Source of the DNA: Candidatus Heimdallarchaeum aukensis
GTDB lineage: Archaea > Asgardarchaeota > Heimdallarchaeia > Heimdallarchaeales > Heimdallarchaeaceae
Assembly (NCBI GenBank): GCA_021513695.1
Contig: CP084166.1
Location: 416,001 to 480,000, forward strand
DNA length: 64,000 nt
Direction: 5' to 3'
Shown here: in pieces, positions 10,891-20,241 of the stretch
Numbering within the stretch: the first letter of the stretch is position 1
Layout: each line of letters opens with the position of its first letter
The notes under the pieces: model-generated
The model's input: only the letters and a program-made list of their open reading frames with translations
Told to the model about the DNA's origin: nothing
Databases searched by the model: none
Position numbers and translations under genes: made by a program

Positions 10891-11439
10891 TTAATCTAAA
10901 AATGGAAATTTCTTTGAAACCTTTTCCCAAATTTTTAATCTCCAGCCAATGTTTGTTCCATGTGCAAAGAGTAAGAGAAATGCGCCATATACTAGATGAT
11001 CGTCGAATACAGGATTATGACCTGTACCTTTTTCAGTCCAGGGAGCAACAGCTAACCACATAAGCAATAGTAAAATGAATCCTCCGTAGCCAGCAATCTT
11101 TCGACCAATACCAAAAATCAATGAAAAGCCTAATCCGTATAAAGCAATCATAAATAGCCAGTCAAGAACAGCATTTCCAGCCATAGCATCAAAAACCTTG
11201 TACAAAGGACTGTTAACAGCACCAAAATGTAAAAAACCATAGGTAGGAGAACCAGGACCGAATCCAAAAAGCCATTTATTTTCAGGAGAAGTACTATAGT
11301 TAAGCCCAAAAGTTTTGTCCAATGCAGCCCATAGAAAAATTCCAGCAAGAAAAATTCTAGTTAACATAAAGAAGATGTATTCTAAAAGATTCTTTTTTGG
11401 ATCAGTTAAATCTATTTTTTCATCCAATTTTATCACCAT
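10891..11439 (-). CDS. DoxX-like small integral membrane protein
   Basis: 182 aa with four predicted TM helices. N-terminal RIFLAGIFLWAALDK resembles the DoxX family motif. Confidence 0.45.
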   Translation of the reverse strand: MVIKLDEKIDLTDPKKNLLEYIFFMLTRIFLAGIFLWAALDKTFGLNYSTSPENKWLFGFGPGSPTYGFLHFGAVNSPLYKVFDAMAGNAVLDWLFMIALYGLGFSLIFGIGRKIAGYGGFILLLLMWLAVAPWTEKGTGHNPVFDDHLVYGAFLLLFAHGTNIGWRLKIWEKVSKKFPFLD

Positions 11440-12043
11440 TTAATAATTTGAAAGAGCGAATTATGATGTTTAATTCCGTTCTTCTCTTTCAATCGATTAC
11501 GATACGAATGCTTGCTTTAATAGTGCATCATTAAAATAATTAAGTAAACCATATTTTAGAAAAAAAAACGATAACTGTGCATCATCTTGTCTAAGACTGC
11601 AATGTTCTTACATTTAATCAAAAAGGAGTCTAGTCTTTTTATTGTATTACTTAATAAATGCCTTTTTTGACTTTACTTTTTAAATAGAAAAAATATTGTC
11701 AAAAGTTAAGAAAATAACAAGTTCAACCTTCGAAACAAGAATTAAACTGAGAAATTAGGTAATTAATATATTTAAAAATATATTATGGTTGACATACCTT
11801 ATTATTAGGAGCTACTTTATTAAATGGATATATGTTTTGGTATGGACATCCTTGTTAGAAGAACAAGCATTTACAAAAAAATGGAAACTATACCCTTACA
11901 AGAAGGTAGGGAAAAATCAGTAAAAACAAGAAAAATGGAGAAAATAGACGCAGAAACAGAGAAATATAAATAAGGTTAATTTGTTAAAGCTGAATGTAAA
12001 GTTAATATGATCATCAGAATTTTTAAAAAGACAATAACAAATA

Positions 12044-12529
12044 TTGTTTTCCATGTCTTACCAAACTTTTGCTGAGAAGTGCGAACCTGCTGTTCCAAAG
12101 TATGTACATTACATTATTGCAGGTCTTGCATGGTTAGGAGTAGGAATAATGTTATCTAATTTTGCTATTCAATGGTTAATCGTTGCAGAGGTACCTCTTG
12201 TTTGGATTTATGGTTTAATTGGAACAATTGCTGGTTTTATCATCTACTACTTTGGTTTTTCGCATATTGCCAAAAAGAATGTTAAAAGAATAGTTGAAAA
12301 AAGGCATAAATTCTGTGTTTTTGCTTTTATTTCTTGGAAATCATACTTGACAATACTTGTTATGGTTGCAATGGGGATAGGATTGAGATTGTCTCCTATA
12401 CCTAAACACTATCTAGCCGTCTTATACATTGGTTTAGGAATAGGTTTAGGTCTGTCTAGTTTTGTTTATTTTGGAAAAACTATTCTTCATTTCAGAAATA
12501 ACCAACCAGATCAAATAACAAACAATTAG
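12044..12529 (+). CDS. Hypothetical integral membrane protein
   Basis: 161 aa with four hydrophobic helices. The 3' end overlaps the convergent methyltransferase by 4 nt. Confidence 0.35.
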   Translation: MFSMSYQTFAEKCEPAVPKYVHYIIAGLAWLGVGIMLSNFAIQWLIVAEVPLVWIYGLIGTIAGFIIYYFGFSHIAKKNVKRIVEKRHKFCVFAFISWKSYLTILVMVAMGIGLRLSPIPKHYLAVLYIGLGIGLGLSSFVYFGKTILHFRNNQPDQITNN

Positions 12530-13422
12530 TTTTTTTCTCTTTTATCATTAGTTCTTTCTGAATATGGGGTATAGAATTCTCCCAATTTAATCTTGCTCAG
12601 GTTCCACTCTATTATTTCTTGCAATTGTTTGTTTATTTCGTATCCTATATAATGTCTATAAGCTCCTTTACACACCACTGCTGTTGTACCGTTTCCCATA
12701 AAAGGGTCTAGAATTATATCTCCAGGTTTGCTTCCAAAATCTATACATCTTAAAACAACATCTGTTGGAAGTTTTGTTGCATTCTTTTTTATTCCCGTGT
12801 GATATACTCTTTTTATATTCCAAACATCTTCTGGGTAGTGTTCAATTTTATTAAAAAAATAGTTTCTTTTGTTTTTTACAGCAAAAAGAATATGATAATG
12901 ACTTGTAACAAATTTTCTTTTTGTAAAAACTCCAAATTGATATTTCCAAATTATGTGATTAATTAACTCCAAATTGTTTTTTTCCAGAGCAAATAGTATA
13001 TCTTTTAAATTTGTCCACCCACTGAAAATCCACACTCCTCCACTTTTTTTTAATATTCTCGGCAGTTCACTTATCCATCTATTTGTAAATTCAGAGTAAT
13101 TACTAATTTCTACCTCTTTGTAACCCTCAATTACATTATTTTTGTCTCTATTGTATATACCTTCTTTTCCGTTAAAATTTATTCCAAAGGGAGGATCAGC
13201 AACAACCATGTCAATGCTATTATCAGGAAGTTTTCGCATACCTTCAATGCAATCTTCATAATGGATAATATCAATATCAAAATTACATTTAGAACTCTCA
13301 TAAAGAGCTCTAGCTTCTGAAATAGTCCAATCATAAGTGGGTTTAAACTTTTTAGAGCTTTTTTTAGTGCTATGCTTATTTTTTCCTTTTTTGGTTGTTT
13401 GAGATTCCATAGATTTCTTCAT
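12526..13422 (-). CDS. Beta-class DNA methyltransferase (N6-adenine or N4-cytosine), apparently orphan
   Basis: 298 aa. Motif IV DPPF (MVVADPPFG) precedes motif I (ILDPFMGNGTT). This order is diagnostic of beta-class amino-MTases (PF01555-like). The N-terminus has a Lys-rich tail. No restriction-enzyme-like neighbour. Confidence 0.85.
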   Translation of the reverse strand: MKKSMESQTTKKGKNKHSTKKSSKKFKPTYDWTISEARALYESSKCNFDIDIIHYEDCIEGMRKLPDNSIDMVVADPPFGINFNGKEGIYNRDKNNVIEGYKEVEISNYSEFTNRWISELPRILKKSGGVWIFSGWTNLKDILFALEKNNLELINHIIWKYQFGVFTKRKFVTSHYHILFAVKNKRNYFFNKIEHYPEDVWNIKRVYHTGIKKNATKLPTDVVLRCIDFGSKPGDIILDPFMGNGTTAVVCKGAYRHYIGYEINKQLQEIIEWNLSKIKLGEFYTPYSERTNDKREKN

Positions 13423-13582
13423 ACCTCTTCACAGATACAATAAAGATTTATCGGTTGAATAAATTAGAATATTACAACAAAAGTAAGACAATTGCTTTTT
13501 TCTTTACATTTAAAGGAAATTCAATATAAAAAACAGAAACAATTATCCCTAAACAAAGAATAGAAAAAAAGAAAAAAACTAA

Positions 13583-14020
13583 TTATATATCGAAGGATTC
13601 TCCTTTAACTTGTTTAATATGGTGTAAATCGTGTTTCCATAGACCAAATAAATCTGCAGCTTTTTCCTCAAGATTCTTTTCTATAAGTAATTTATAGTTT
13701 TTAATTAATTCTTCTCTTTTTTCTTTAAACATGTCTACTACTTCATTCAGACTTTTTTCTTTATATTGTTCTAGTTGTTTATCGTTCCATTCGTCAAGCT
13801 TTGAACCTGAATATTCTTCAGACCATACAACTTCTTTACCCTCAAATACATCTTTTACAATTCTCAAAATTTCAATGTCCCAGACTAATAAGTGTGCAAT
13901 AAGTTCTTTCTTTCCCCAACCGTTTGATAAACTAAAATCTTCGGAAAGATCTAACACAATTTCAGTTGTTTTTTCAAATTTGTTTATATGCTCAGTTGGT
14001 TTAATTTTTTCTTGAGTCAT
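13583..14020 (-). CDS. Hypothetical protein, ClbS/DfsB (DUF1706)-like helical protein
   Basis: 145 aa. KKELIAHLLVWDIEILRIV resembles the ClbS-family core motif. No nuclease motif. Confidence 0.3.
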   Translation of the reverse strand: MTQEKIKPTEHINKFEKTTEIVLDLSEDFSLSNGWGKKELIAHLLVWDIEILRIVKDVFEGKEVVWSEEYSGSKLDEWNDKQLEQYKEKSLNEVVDMFKEKREELIKNYKLLIEKNLEEKAADLFGLWKHDLHHIKQVKGESFDI

Positions 14021-14191
14021 AAAAACAATGTTAAAATTGTATTTTTATCTTTTTCTTTAGGTATTTAAACTGTTATTTTCTCTTATTTTCAATTGATTCA
14101 TTGGTTGTTTTTTTCTCACTTTATTCTTGTAAAGTAGTATACTTTACTTTTCTAAATAGTAAAGTATTCATAAAAGAATGATAATTGTCAT

Positions 14192-15262
14192 TTGGTGAAA
14201 AAAATGTTCACAAAAACAAAAATTATTGGTTTGGGAATACTTCTTTCAATGCTGGTAAGCTCTTTAGCTATATCAGCTGAAAGTCAAGGGTTGCAATATT
14301 CAGAACAAAATAAGCTCGTAACAATAAGCTATGAGGATCTTACACTCATGGTTAATGCTGGAGGTCAAGTACCTAAGTTTCATATCATTCAGGATGGTGG
14401 AATAGAGTTCCAAGTAATGTTCAAGCTTCTAGCCGAATATTATGACGAAAACGGAGATGGAGCTTTTCAATATGATGAACTAAATATAGCCCAAACGGGA
14501 CAGACAGGTCCTCCTACTGCTAGAACTAACATTTTAGCTCTACCAAGTGTCATCTGGTCATTCAGCGGTTTTGAAGCAGAATACGAAGAAGGAACAGAAA
14601 ATATTGTAGCTATACACTTCAGTTTTGTCAGTGATCAAATACTTATTCCATTTTACGCTGATTTTTCTATGGAAATAAAGGCCCATTTCTATCTAGATAA
14701 CAAGACCATTGATGGATATGAGATCATTGGCGGAAGAGAACTCAAATTTGATATAATCATGAACAATTGGCCATGGGAAAGAGATGATACTTACCTTGCT
14801 TTAAGATTTGACATTTCCCCTCAAAATGATGTTGCAGAAGTAAAAGATGCTGAAGGAAAACCTATTGACACAAAAACTAACTCTACAGGTGCTGAACACA
14901 AAGTCAATAATCAAAATAAAATGAAAAATTCTTTTGAGTTAGGGAATGCTACAGATAAAGGATTCTTTGCTTACTCTAATACGGCCAACTATTCCTATCA
15001 AAATGAATACCAACAAGGAACAGTAAATTGCTCTTATGCTACAAACGGAGATAACACAATTCAAACTTATTTAAGTTTCGAGCATTTCGATGAAGAAGTT
15101 GTTTATGATCCTTCACTAGGAATCGTTTCTGATACTGAAGAAGATACAGAAGGAGATACTGACGAAGATACAAGTGGTCTAGGAAATATTGAAATATTGA
15201 CAATCAGCGTATTTTCGATATCAGCCATTACTGCTGTAGCTATCATAAGAAAGAAGAAATAA
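14192..15262 (+). CDS. Secreted/surface protein with N-terminal signal peptide and C-terminal TM anchor
   Basis: 356 aa. Signal-like N-terminus (ILLSMLVSSLAISAES). Acidic Thr/Asp/Glu stalk, then a C-terminal hydrophobic helix ending in RKKK. Confidence 0.5.
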   Translation: MVKKMFTKTKIIGLGILLSMLVSSLAISAESQGLQYSEQNKLVTISYEDLTLMVNAGGQVPKFHIIQDGGIEFQVMFKLLAEYYDENGDGAFQYDELNIAQTGQTGPPTARTNILALPSVIWSFSGFEAEYEEGTENIVAIHFSFVSDQILIPFYADFSMEIKAHFYLDNKTIDGYEIIGGRELKFDIIMNNWPWERDDTYLALRFDISPQNDVAEVKDAEGKPIDTKTNSTGAEHKVNNQNKMKNSFELGNATDKGFFAYSNTANYSYQNEYQQGTVNCSYATNGDNTIQTYLSFEHFDEEVVYDPSLGIVSDTEEDTEGDTDEDTSGLGNIEILTISVFSISAITAVAIIRKKK

Positions 15263-15300
15263 TATCCTTTTTTTCTTTTTTTCTTTTTTTTTCTTTTTTT
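15263..15300. terminator. T-rich tract shared by convergent genes (putative archaeal intrinsic terminator)
   Basis: tcctttttttctttttttctttttttttcttttttttg lies immediately after the stop of 14192..15262 and just downstream of the convergent gene 15395..17251. Confidence 0.3.
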
Positions 15301-15394
15301 TGATTTTAATCAAAAATCTTTAGAAAATAAGACCATTCAAAACTTAATTTTGTATTATATTGAAAAAAAAAGGATTTTAGTTTAACCACTAAAA

Positions 15395-17251
15395 TTAATA
15401 TTTCTTTCCACAGATATCAATTTCTTCAAAAGTTTCCTTAACTTTATTTTTCTTTTGTTTTGTTCTGAAGATAATTTCAAATAAAACAATTGAAAAAATG
15501 AAAATCATCCAAACTATACTTTTACTGATAATTTCTTTTCTTCTAGTAATACCTATGTTTGAATTAGGATCTAATGGGTCAAAATCATTCATTACTTCTT
15601 CATAATCAGTATATGAATCTCCATCTGTATCAGGATCGTTGGGATCAGTATTATAAAATTTTACTTCTTCAAAATCGTCCAATCCATCAAAGTCACTATC
15701 TATGCGTAAAGGATTAGTATGGTAAATAAATAATTCTTCATAATCATCTAGTAAGTCACCATCTGTATCACGATTTAGGGGACTAGTATTGTAATTATTT
15801 ACTTCTTCTCCGTCTTTTAATCCATCATTATCAGAATCACTATCATTGGGGTCAGTATCGTACATGTAAATTTCAAGATTATCAGACAAACCATCCAAAT
15901 CTGAATCTTTTAATGTAGGATTTGTTCCATAAACAAATACTTCTACTCCATCATCTATTCCATCATTATCTGAATCATCATTTGTAGGATCTGTTCCATA
16001 AGCGTATATTTCATCACCATCTAATAATCCATCAAAGTCAGTATCATTATTCCTTGGATCAGTATTGTTTTCAAATTCGTGAATATTATATAATTCATCA
16101 TTATCAAAGTCAACATAGGCATCAATTGGATTAGCAACATCTAAACCATAGTAATATTCCCAGTAATTTGTCATTCCATCGCTGTCTAAATCTCCATCAG
16201 CATCGCTTGGATCATCAGGATCTAATCCTACACTAACTTCCCAGTAATCAGGCATTTTATCGTTATCACTATCTCTTACTAGTTTTATGATAAAAGCATC
16301 AATATATCCTTCCAAAGTGGAATTTAAAGGGCTTTTTAAAAGAAGATCATTACTCTCTGTACTCCCTACTATGTAGATAGAACCATCACTATCCACTGCT
16401 ATATCTCTACCTACATCTTCTTCTCTTCCACCAAAATATGTGCTAAAAACTAAATTTGTTCCACTTCTGTTTAACATAGAAACAAAAATATCGGAATAAT
16501 AAGTAGGATTTCTTTCTTCAATTGCATTTTTAATCGGAAAATCATTGCTCCATGTTCCACCTGTTAAATAGACGTTTTGATCATTATCTACCGTTATTGA
16601 CAAACAAGTATCATTTGATGAACCACCTAAAAATGTACTATAGATTATATTATCAGCTGTTGAACTTATTTTTGTTAAAAATATGTTAGAATATCCATTT
16701 AGTGTGTCATCAAAGGCATTTTTTGTTGGAAAGTCAGTACTATTTGTAACACCAGTGATATATACATAACCTTCACTATCAATAGTTATTCCTCTGGCAT
16801 AATCATTATACTTTCCCCCTAAATAAGTGCTAAAGATTAACCCATTTCCTGTAGAGTTAATATAGGATAAATAAACATCAAAAAAGCTTCCACCACCATA
16901 AGTAGAATTAAAAGCATTTACAGTCGGAAAATCATCACTTCTTGTAGATCCAGTAATGAAAATAGAACCATTAGAGAAAACTTTACCTTTAGCAAAGTAT
17001 TCAGCATCACTTCCCCCTATTATTGTGGTGAAAATAGGTTCAAGAGTTTCTCCATCAAGTTTAGTAACAAAAGCATCATAATCATCATCTGAAATATTTC
17101 CAAAAGCAAAGTTGTTGAATAAAGAAGTGCTCATAGTATCTCCAAAAATGTATATATTTCCATCATTTCCTATTTCTATCTTGCGTCCATAATCAAAAAT
17201 ATCCCCGCTTAAATAAGAACTAAAATCTACTAAATAAGGATCAATAATCAA
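15395..17251 (-). CDS. Surface protein, C-terminal segment: SBBP-type beta-propeller repeats plus thrombospondin type-3-like Ca-binding repeats and a C-terminal TM anchor. It is in frame with 17336..18067, so the two are probably one gene.
   Basis: Recurring blocks of the form G-x-I/D-I-D-S-x-G-x-hydrophobic-Y-I-x-G-x-T-x-S-x-D-F-P (SBBP beta-propeller repeat). Multiple D-x-D-x-D-G-L-x-D-x-x-E units follow, then a hydrophobic helix and a basic tail. The annotated start is a TTG that simply continues the upstream reading frame. Confidence 0.6.
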   Translation of the reverse strand: MIIDPYLVDFSSYLSGDIFDYGRKIEIGNDGNIYIFGDTMSTSLFNNFAFGNISDDDYDAFVTKLDGETLEPIFTTIIGGSDAEYFAKGKVFSNGSIFITGSTRSDDFPTVNAFNSTYGGGSFFDVYLSYINSTGNGLIFSTYLGGKYNDYARGITIDSEGYVYITGVTNSTDFPTKNAFDDTLNGYSNIFLTKISSTADNIIYSTFLGGSSNDTCLSITVDNDQNVYLTGGTWSNDFPIKNAIEERNPTYYSDIFVSMLNRSGTNLVFSTYFGGREEDVGRDIAVDSDGSIYIVGSTESNDLLLKSPLNSTLEGYIDAFIIKLVRDSDNDKMPDYWEVSVGLDPDDPSDADGDLDSDGMTNYWEYYYGLDVANPIDAYVDFDNDELYNIHEFENNTDPRNNDTDFDGLLDGDEIYAYGTDPTNDDSDNDGIDDGVEVFVYGTNPTLKDSDLDGLSDNLEIYMYDTDPNDSDSDNDGLKDGEEVNNYNTSPLNRDTDGDLLDDYEELFIYHTNPLRIDSDFDGLDDFEEVKFYNTDPNDPDTDGDSYTDYEEVMNDFDPLDPNSNIGITRRKEIISKSIVWMIFIFSIVLFEIIFRTKQKKNKVKETFEEIDICGKKY

Positions 17252-17335
17252 TTTTTTAGCTGTATCATATTGTTCAATATTAAAAATATAACAGTTGTCA
17301 TCAAGAGTAAAATAAGCGGGGATAATTTTTCCTTC

Positions 17336-18067
17336 TTAAAAAACTTTTAAGTTTCTATCATTAAAAATTCTATATTCTGTATTTCCGATTCTTGAGATTC
17401 CAACTATATTAGTTTCATCTTCTTGTTTTAAGTAAAACTTTGAATCTGATGATAGTTGAACCTTAATAACTGAAGGATCAGCGTTTGGTTCAACAATAAA
17501 TTCGTATTTCAGAAATGAACCTGTAAAATAGTATCTTAAAGATATTCCGGGGTATATATCTTCATATATTATTTCTTGATAACAGCTTATTTGAGTAATT
17601 GCTTTATCTTTGTAAAAAAAGTTAGAATAGTAATTTGCTAATGCTTTTGCCTGTGGTACAACGATATTTGAATCAGGAAAAGAGACATTAATTAAGAAAA
17701 ATTTAGTATTTTCTTCTTTATTCGGTTTAAGATTCTGAATAAAGTAGACCTTAGATTCTCCAAAGTAAACATTTGTTAAAGGAGATTGAGCATAATAAAA
17801 AACTGTCTTGTCAAATATATGCCCTTTATTTTTCATAAAAAAGTATTTAGAATTGTAATCACTGACATAGTTCTCTTCAATTTCGCCGGAAACACTGTAA
17901 AAATTAATTTTTGCTTTATTTTGCTGTTGTGAATATTTTATGCTGTAAGAGCCAACTAAAGTGTTATTTTTGACATAAAATCCAGATAAACTGCTCACAC
18001 TTACAAGAAAGATTAAAAACAAACAAACAATAAATGAAACATTTCCTTTGCTTTGATTTTCATTCAT
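17336..18067 (-). CDS. N-terminal segment (signal peptide plus N-terminal domain) of the same surface protein. It is terminated by an in-frame TAA at 17336..17338.
   Basis: 243 aa with a signal/TM N-terminus. It ends YPGISLRYY...LKYEFIVEPNADPSVIKVQL, typical of the N-terminal domain of SBBP-repeat proteins. The same frame continues in sense after the TAA (RGKIIPAYFTLDDNCYIFNIEQYDTAKKLIIDPYL...). Confidence 0.55.
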   Translation of the reverse strand: MNENQSKGNVSFIVCLFLIFLVSVSSLSGFYVKNNTLVGSYSIKYSQQQNKAKINFYSVSGEIEENYVSDYNSKYFFMKNKGHIFDKTVFYYAQSPLTNVYFGESKVYFIQNLKPNKEENTKFFLINVSFPDSNIVVPQAKALANYYSNFFYKDKAITQISCYQEIIYEDIYPGISLRYYFTGSFLKYEFIVEPNADPSVIKVQLSSDSKFYLKQEDETNIVGISRIGNTEYRIFNDRNLKVF

Positions 18068-18351
18068 TTTTCTAAATATTTTAGGTTGAAAAATATTATA
18101 TAAATATTATCAAATGATTTTTGGATAGTTTTTTATTTAAAGTTTAAAATAAAGCTTGAATAGATTTTAGAATAAAAAGAAAAATTTTGCCAATTATATC
18201 TTTTTTGTAAGATTTAATCTAAAAAAGATAAATTCAAATTATAAGAAATAAGACAGATAATATTAGGCTAATTATCAGTTTTTCTATTAAATTCAAAATA
18301 GTGTTCTAGAAATCTAAAAAAATAGAATGAGGAAAACAGTAAAAAGCTATA

Positions 18352-18457
18352 GTACTTCCGCAATAAGTTGACTGATTTCTATAGGTTAAAATTATAGGAG
18401 TTCATACTATCATTGGTGTGTTCTCAATTCATACTTTTTGAGATAATTCGGAAGTAC
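18352..18457. mobile_element. MITE-like element, copy A: 106 bp with 9-bp terminal inverted repeats GTACTTCCG / CGGAAGTAC, flanked by TA on both sides
   Basis: Read directly. It is the reverse complement of 28437..28542 with only 2 mismatches. TA lies at 18350..18351 and 18458..18459. It is intergenic, between divergent genes. Confidence 0.6.
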
Positions 18458-18504
18458 TAAAGCTAATAACAATTTTTTTAAGTATAATTATTAAATAAAA
18501 CACA

Positions 18505-19326
18505 ATGGACAATTCTAATGATTCAATCAAGGAAATGAAACTTTTTTCAAATCAAACAAGAAGGGATTTGTTAAAACTTCTTGGAGAATCAGGAGGATTG
18601 TCTTTTACTAACATTAAAGAAGAATTGAGACTTACAGATGGAAGATTATATTTCCATCTAAAGAAATTAGAAGGCTATATTGAGAAAGATACACAAAATA
18701 ATTACAAATTAACTTTAGATGGTAAGAAAATCTATGATTCTTTGTTTTTTAGTCATATTAAAGAACAGAAAAAATTTGAAGAAGATGTTTCATCGAAATC
18801 TCTTAACAAAATCTTTCCAGAAGACATTGTTTATTATTTAATTGGAACAAAAACGAGAAGTATGATAGAATTAAATATGTTATTGTTAATTTTATGTTGG
18901 TTTTTTGCAGTTACAGACAGTTACTTTAGTTCTATTGAAACAATAGTTTTGGGGGGAGCTATAGTCAATTTTGTCATTAACCTTATCCATTGGTATTTTT
19001 ACTGTTTACTCATTTATATAATATTAAAAATTGCAAAGAAAGGAATAGACTTTGTAGAATTAACTATTGTTACAATAATAGGAATTGCCCCATATTTCCT
19101 CTATTTACTAATAAAAGGGATTTTGCAATTATTGAATATAGAAATAATTGGTTTGATAAATATTGTTCTGGTAATTTTATTTGTTATTTGTAAGATATGG
19201 TCTTCACTAATAATAGCACAAGGATTAACAGTCGTCTCAAAGATCCATCCATCACAATCTTTACTAGCTGTAATTTCATTAACAATTATTGATTATTTGT
19301 ATTTGTTTATTACTTTATCAATGTAA
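18505..19326 (+). CDS. Membrane-tethered winged-helix transcription regulator (ArsR/PadR-like N-terminal wHTH plus C-terminal multi-TM domain)
   Basis: 273 aa. N-terminal TRRDLLKLLGESGGLSFTNIKEEL...GRLYFHLKKLEGYIEK is a wHTH. The C-terminal half has four to five hydrophobic helices. Confidence 0.5.
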   Translation: MDNSNDSIKEMKLFSNQTRRDLLKLLGESGGLSFTNIKEELRLTDGRLYFHLKKLEGYIEKDTQNNYKLTLDGKKIYDSLFFSHIKEQKKFEEDVSSKSLNKIFPEDIVYYLIGTKTRSMIELNMLLLILCWFFAVTDSYFSSIETIVLGGAIVNFVINLIHWYFYCLLIYIILKIAKKGIDFVELTIVTIIGIAPYFLYLLIKGILQLLNIEIIGLINIVLVILFVICKIWSSLIIAQGLTVVSKIHPSQSLLAVISLTIIDYLYLFITLSM

Positions 19327-19401
19327 TGATAGAACTTTAGAAAAATAAATAAGAAGAATAATAAAAAAGAAAGAGAAAAAATAAATAGAGAGCTGAAAAA
19401 C

Positions 19402-20070
19402 ATGGAAAAAAGAAATATACTGTCTCTGTTTCTACTAGTTGTAATAACTAGTTCTATAGTCGTCTCTGGGATGCTTACAATTAGAAATTATGAAGAAATA
19501 GTCGAAGATTTACATAACACTAATATTTTTCCTACCGAACCAATAGATAATGGAGATGACGATATAAAAACAGGAATATTAGAATTGTTTTATCTCGGCT
19601 CTGTTTCTGAAAATCAAGTTTTAAAAAGTATGACCAGTTATGGTCCCCCGAATGCGACAGAAACTTTGCAGAATGTTTGGATAAATGTTACAAAAATTGA
19701 ACTGGTAGGAAATGATTCAAGTTTAGTTAAGTTGTTTGAAGACCATGTCCAGCTTGATATAAAAAAGGCAGAAGAAGAAACAATATTCTTGTTTTCATTT
19801 AACATCACAGAAGGAACATACCCTGCAATTAAAATATTCTATGAAAACACTTTGATAGTAAAAACAACAGAAGGAACGGTTAAAACATATATAATTCAAG
19901 GATCGAACTTTCTAGTTATACCTTTCATGCAAGATAAGTACTCCACTAACCAATCAAATCTAGAAATATCGAAGAATGTAAAAAAATCTACCTACTTAGA
20001 TTTCAACGTGAATTTAATTTCATTTACTCAGTCAGCAGTAATAAATATACAAGCATTCTTAAGCCTTTAA
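19402..20070 (+). CDS. Secreted hypothetical protein
   Basis: 222 aa with a signal peptide (ILSLFLLVVITSSIVVSG). No recognisable domain. Confidence 0.4.
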   Translation: MEKRNILSLFLLVVITSSIVVSGMLTIRNYEEIVEDLHNTNIFPTEPIDNGDDDIKTGILELFYLGSVSENQVLKSMTSYGPPNATETLQNVWINVTKIELVGNDSSLVKLFEDHVQLDIKKAEEETIFLFSFNITEGTYPAIKIFYENTLIVKTTEGTVKTYIIQGSNFLVIPFMQDKYSTNQSNLEISKNVKKSTYLDFNVNLISFTQSAVINIQAFLSL

Positions 20071-20241
20071 GTAAAAAAAATTATTTTGCAGAGTCTATTT
20101 ATTTTTAGATATTTACAGTTTTAATTCTCACAGATTCACTTCATTATTTTTAAGAGATTATATCATATAAATAATTAATAGAAAATTTATAGAAGATACT
20201 AAGATAGTTTTTTATATCTTCTTTAATTTGAATGTATAATA

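Noticed and set aside
11440-12043. 600-bp intergenic gap inspected for tRNA or ncRNA genes
   Set aside because: It is uniformly AT-rich with no GC-rich cloverleaf-capable island. It holds only a possible 30-codon ORF (METIPLQEGREK...) with no support.
13583-14020. Small ORF upstream of the 12526..13422 methyltransferase as a candidate restriction endonuclease
   Set aside because: There is no PD-(D/E)xK or HNH motif. The sequence instead resembles the ClbS/DfsB helical family, and its 145 aa of helical composition is not nuclease-like.
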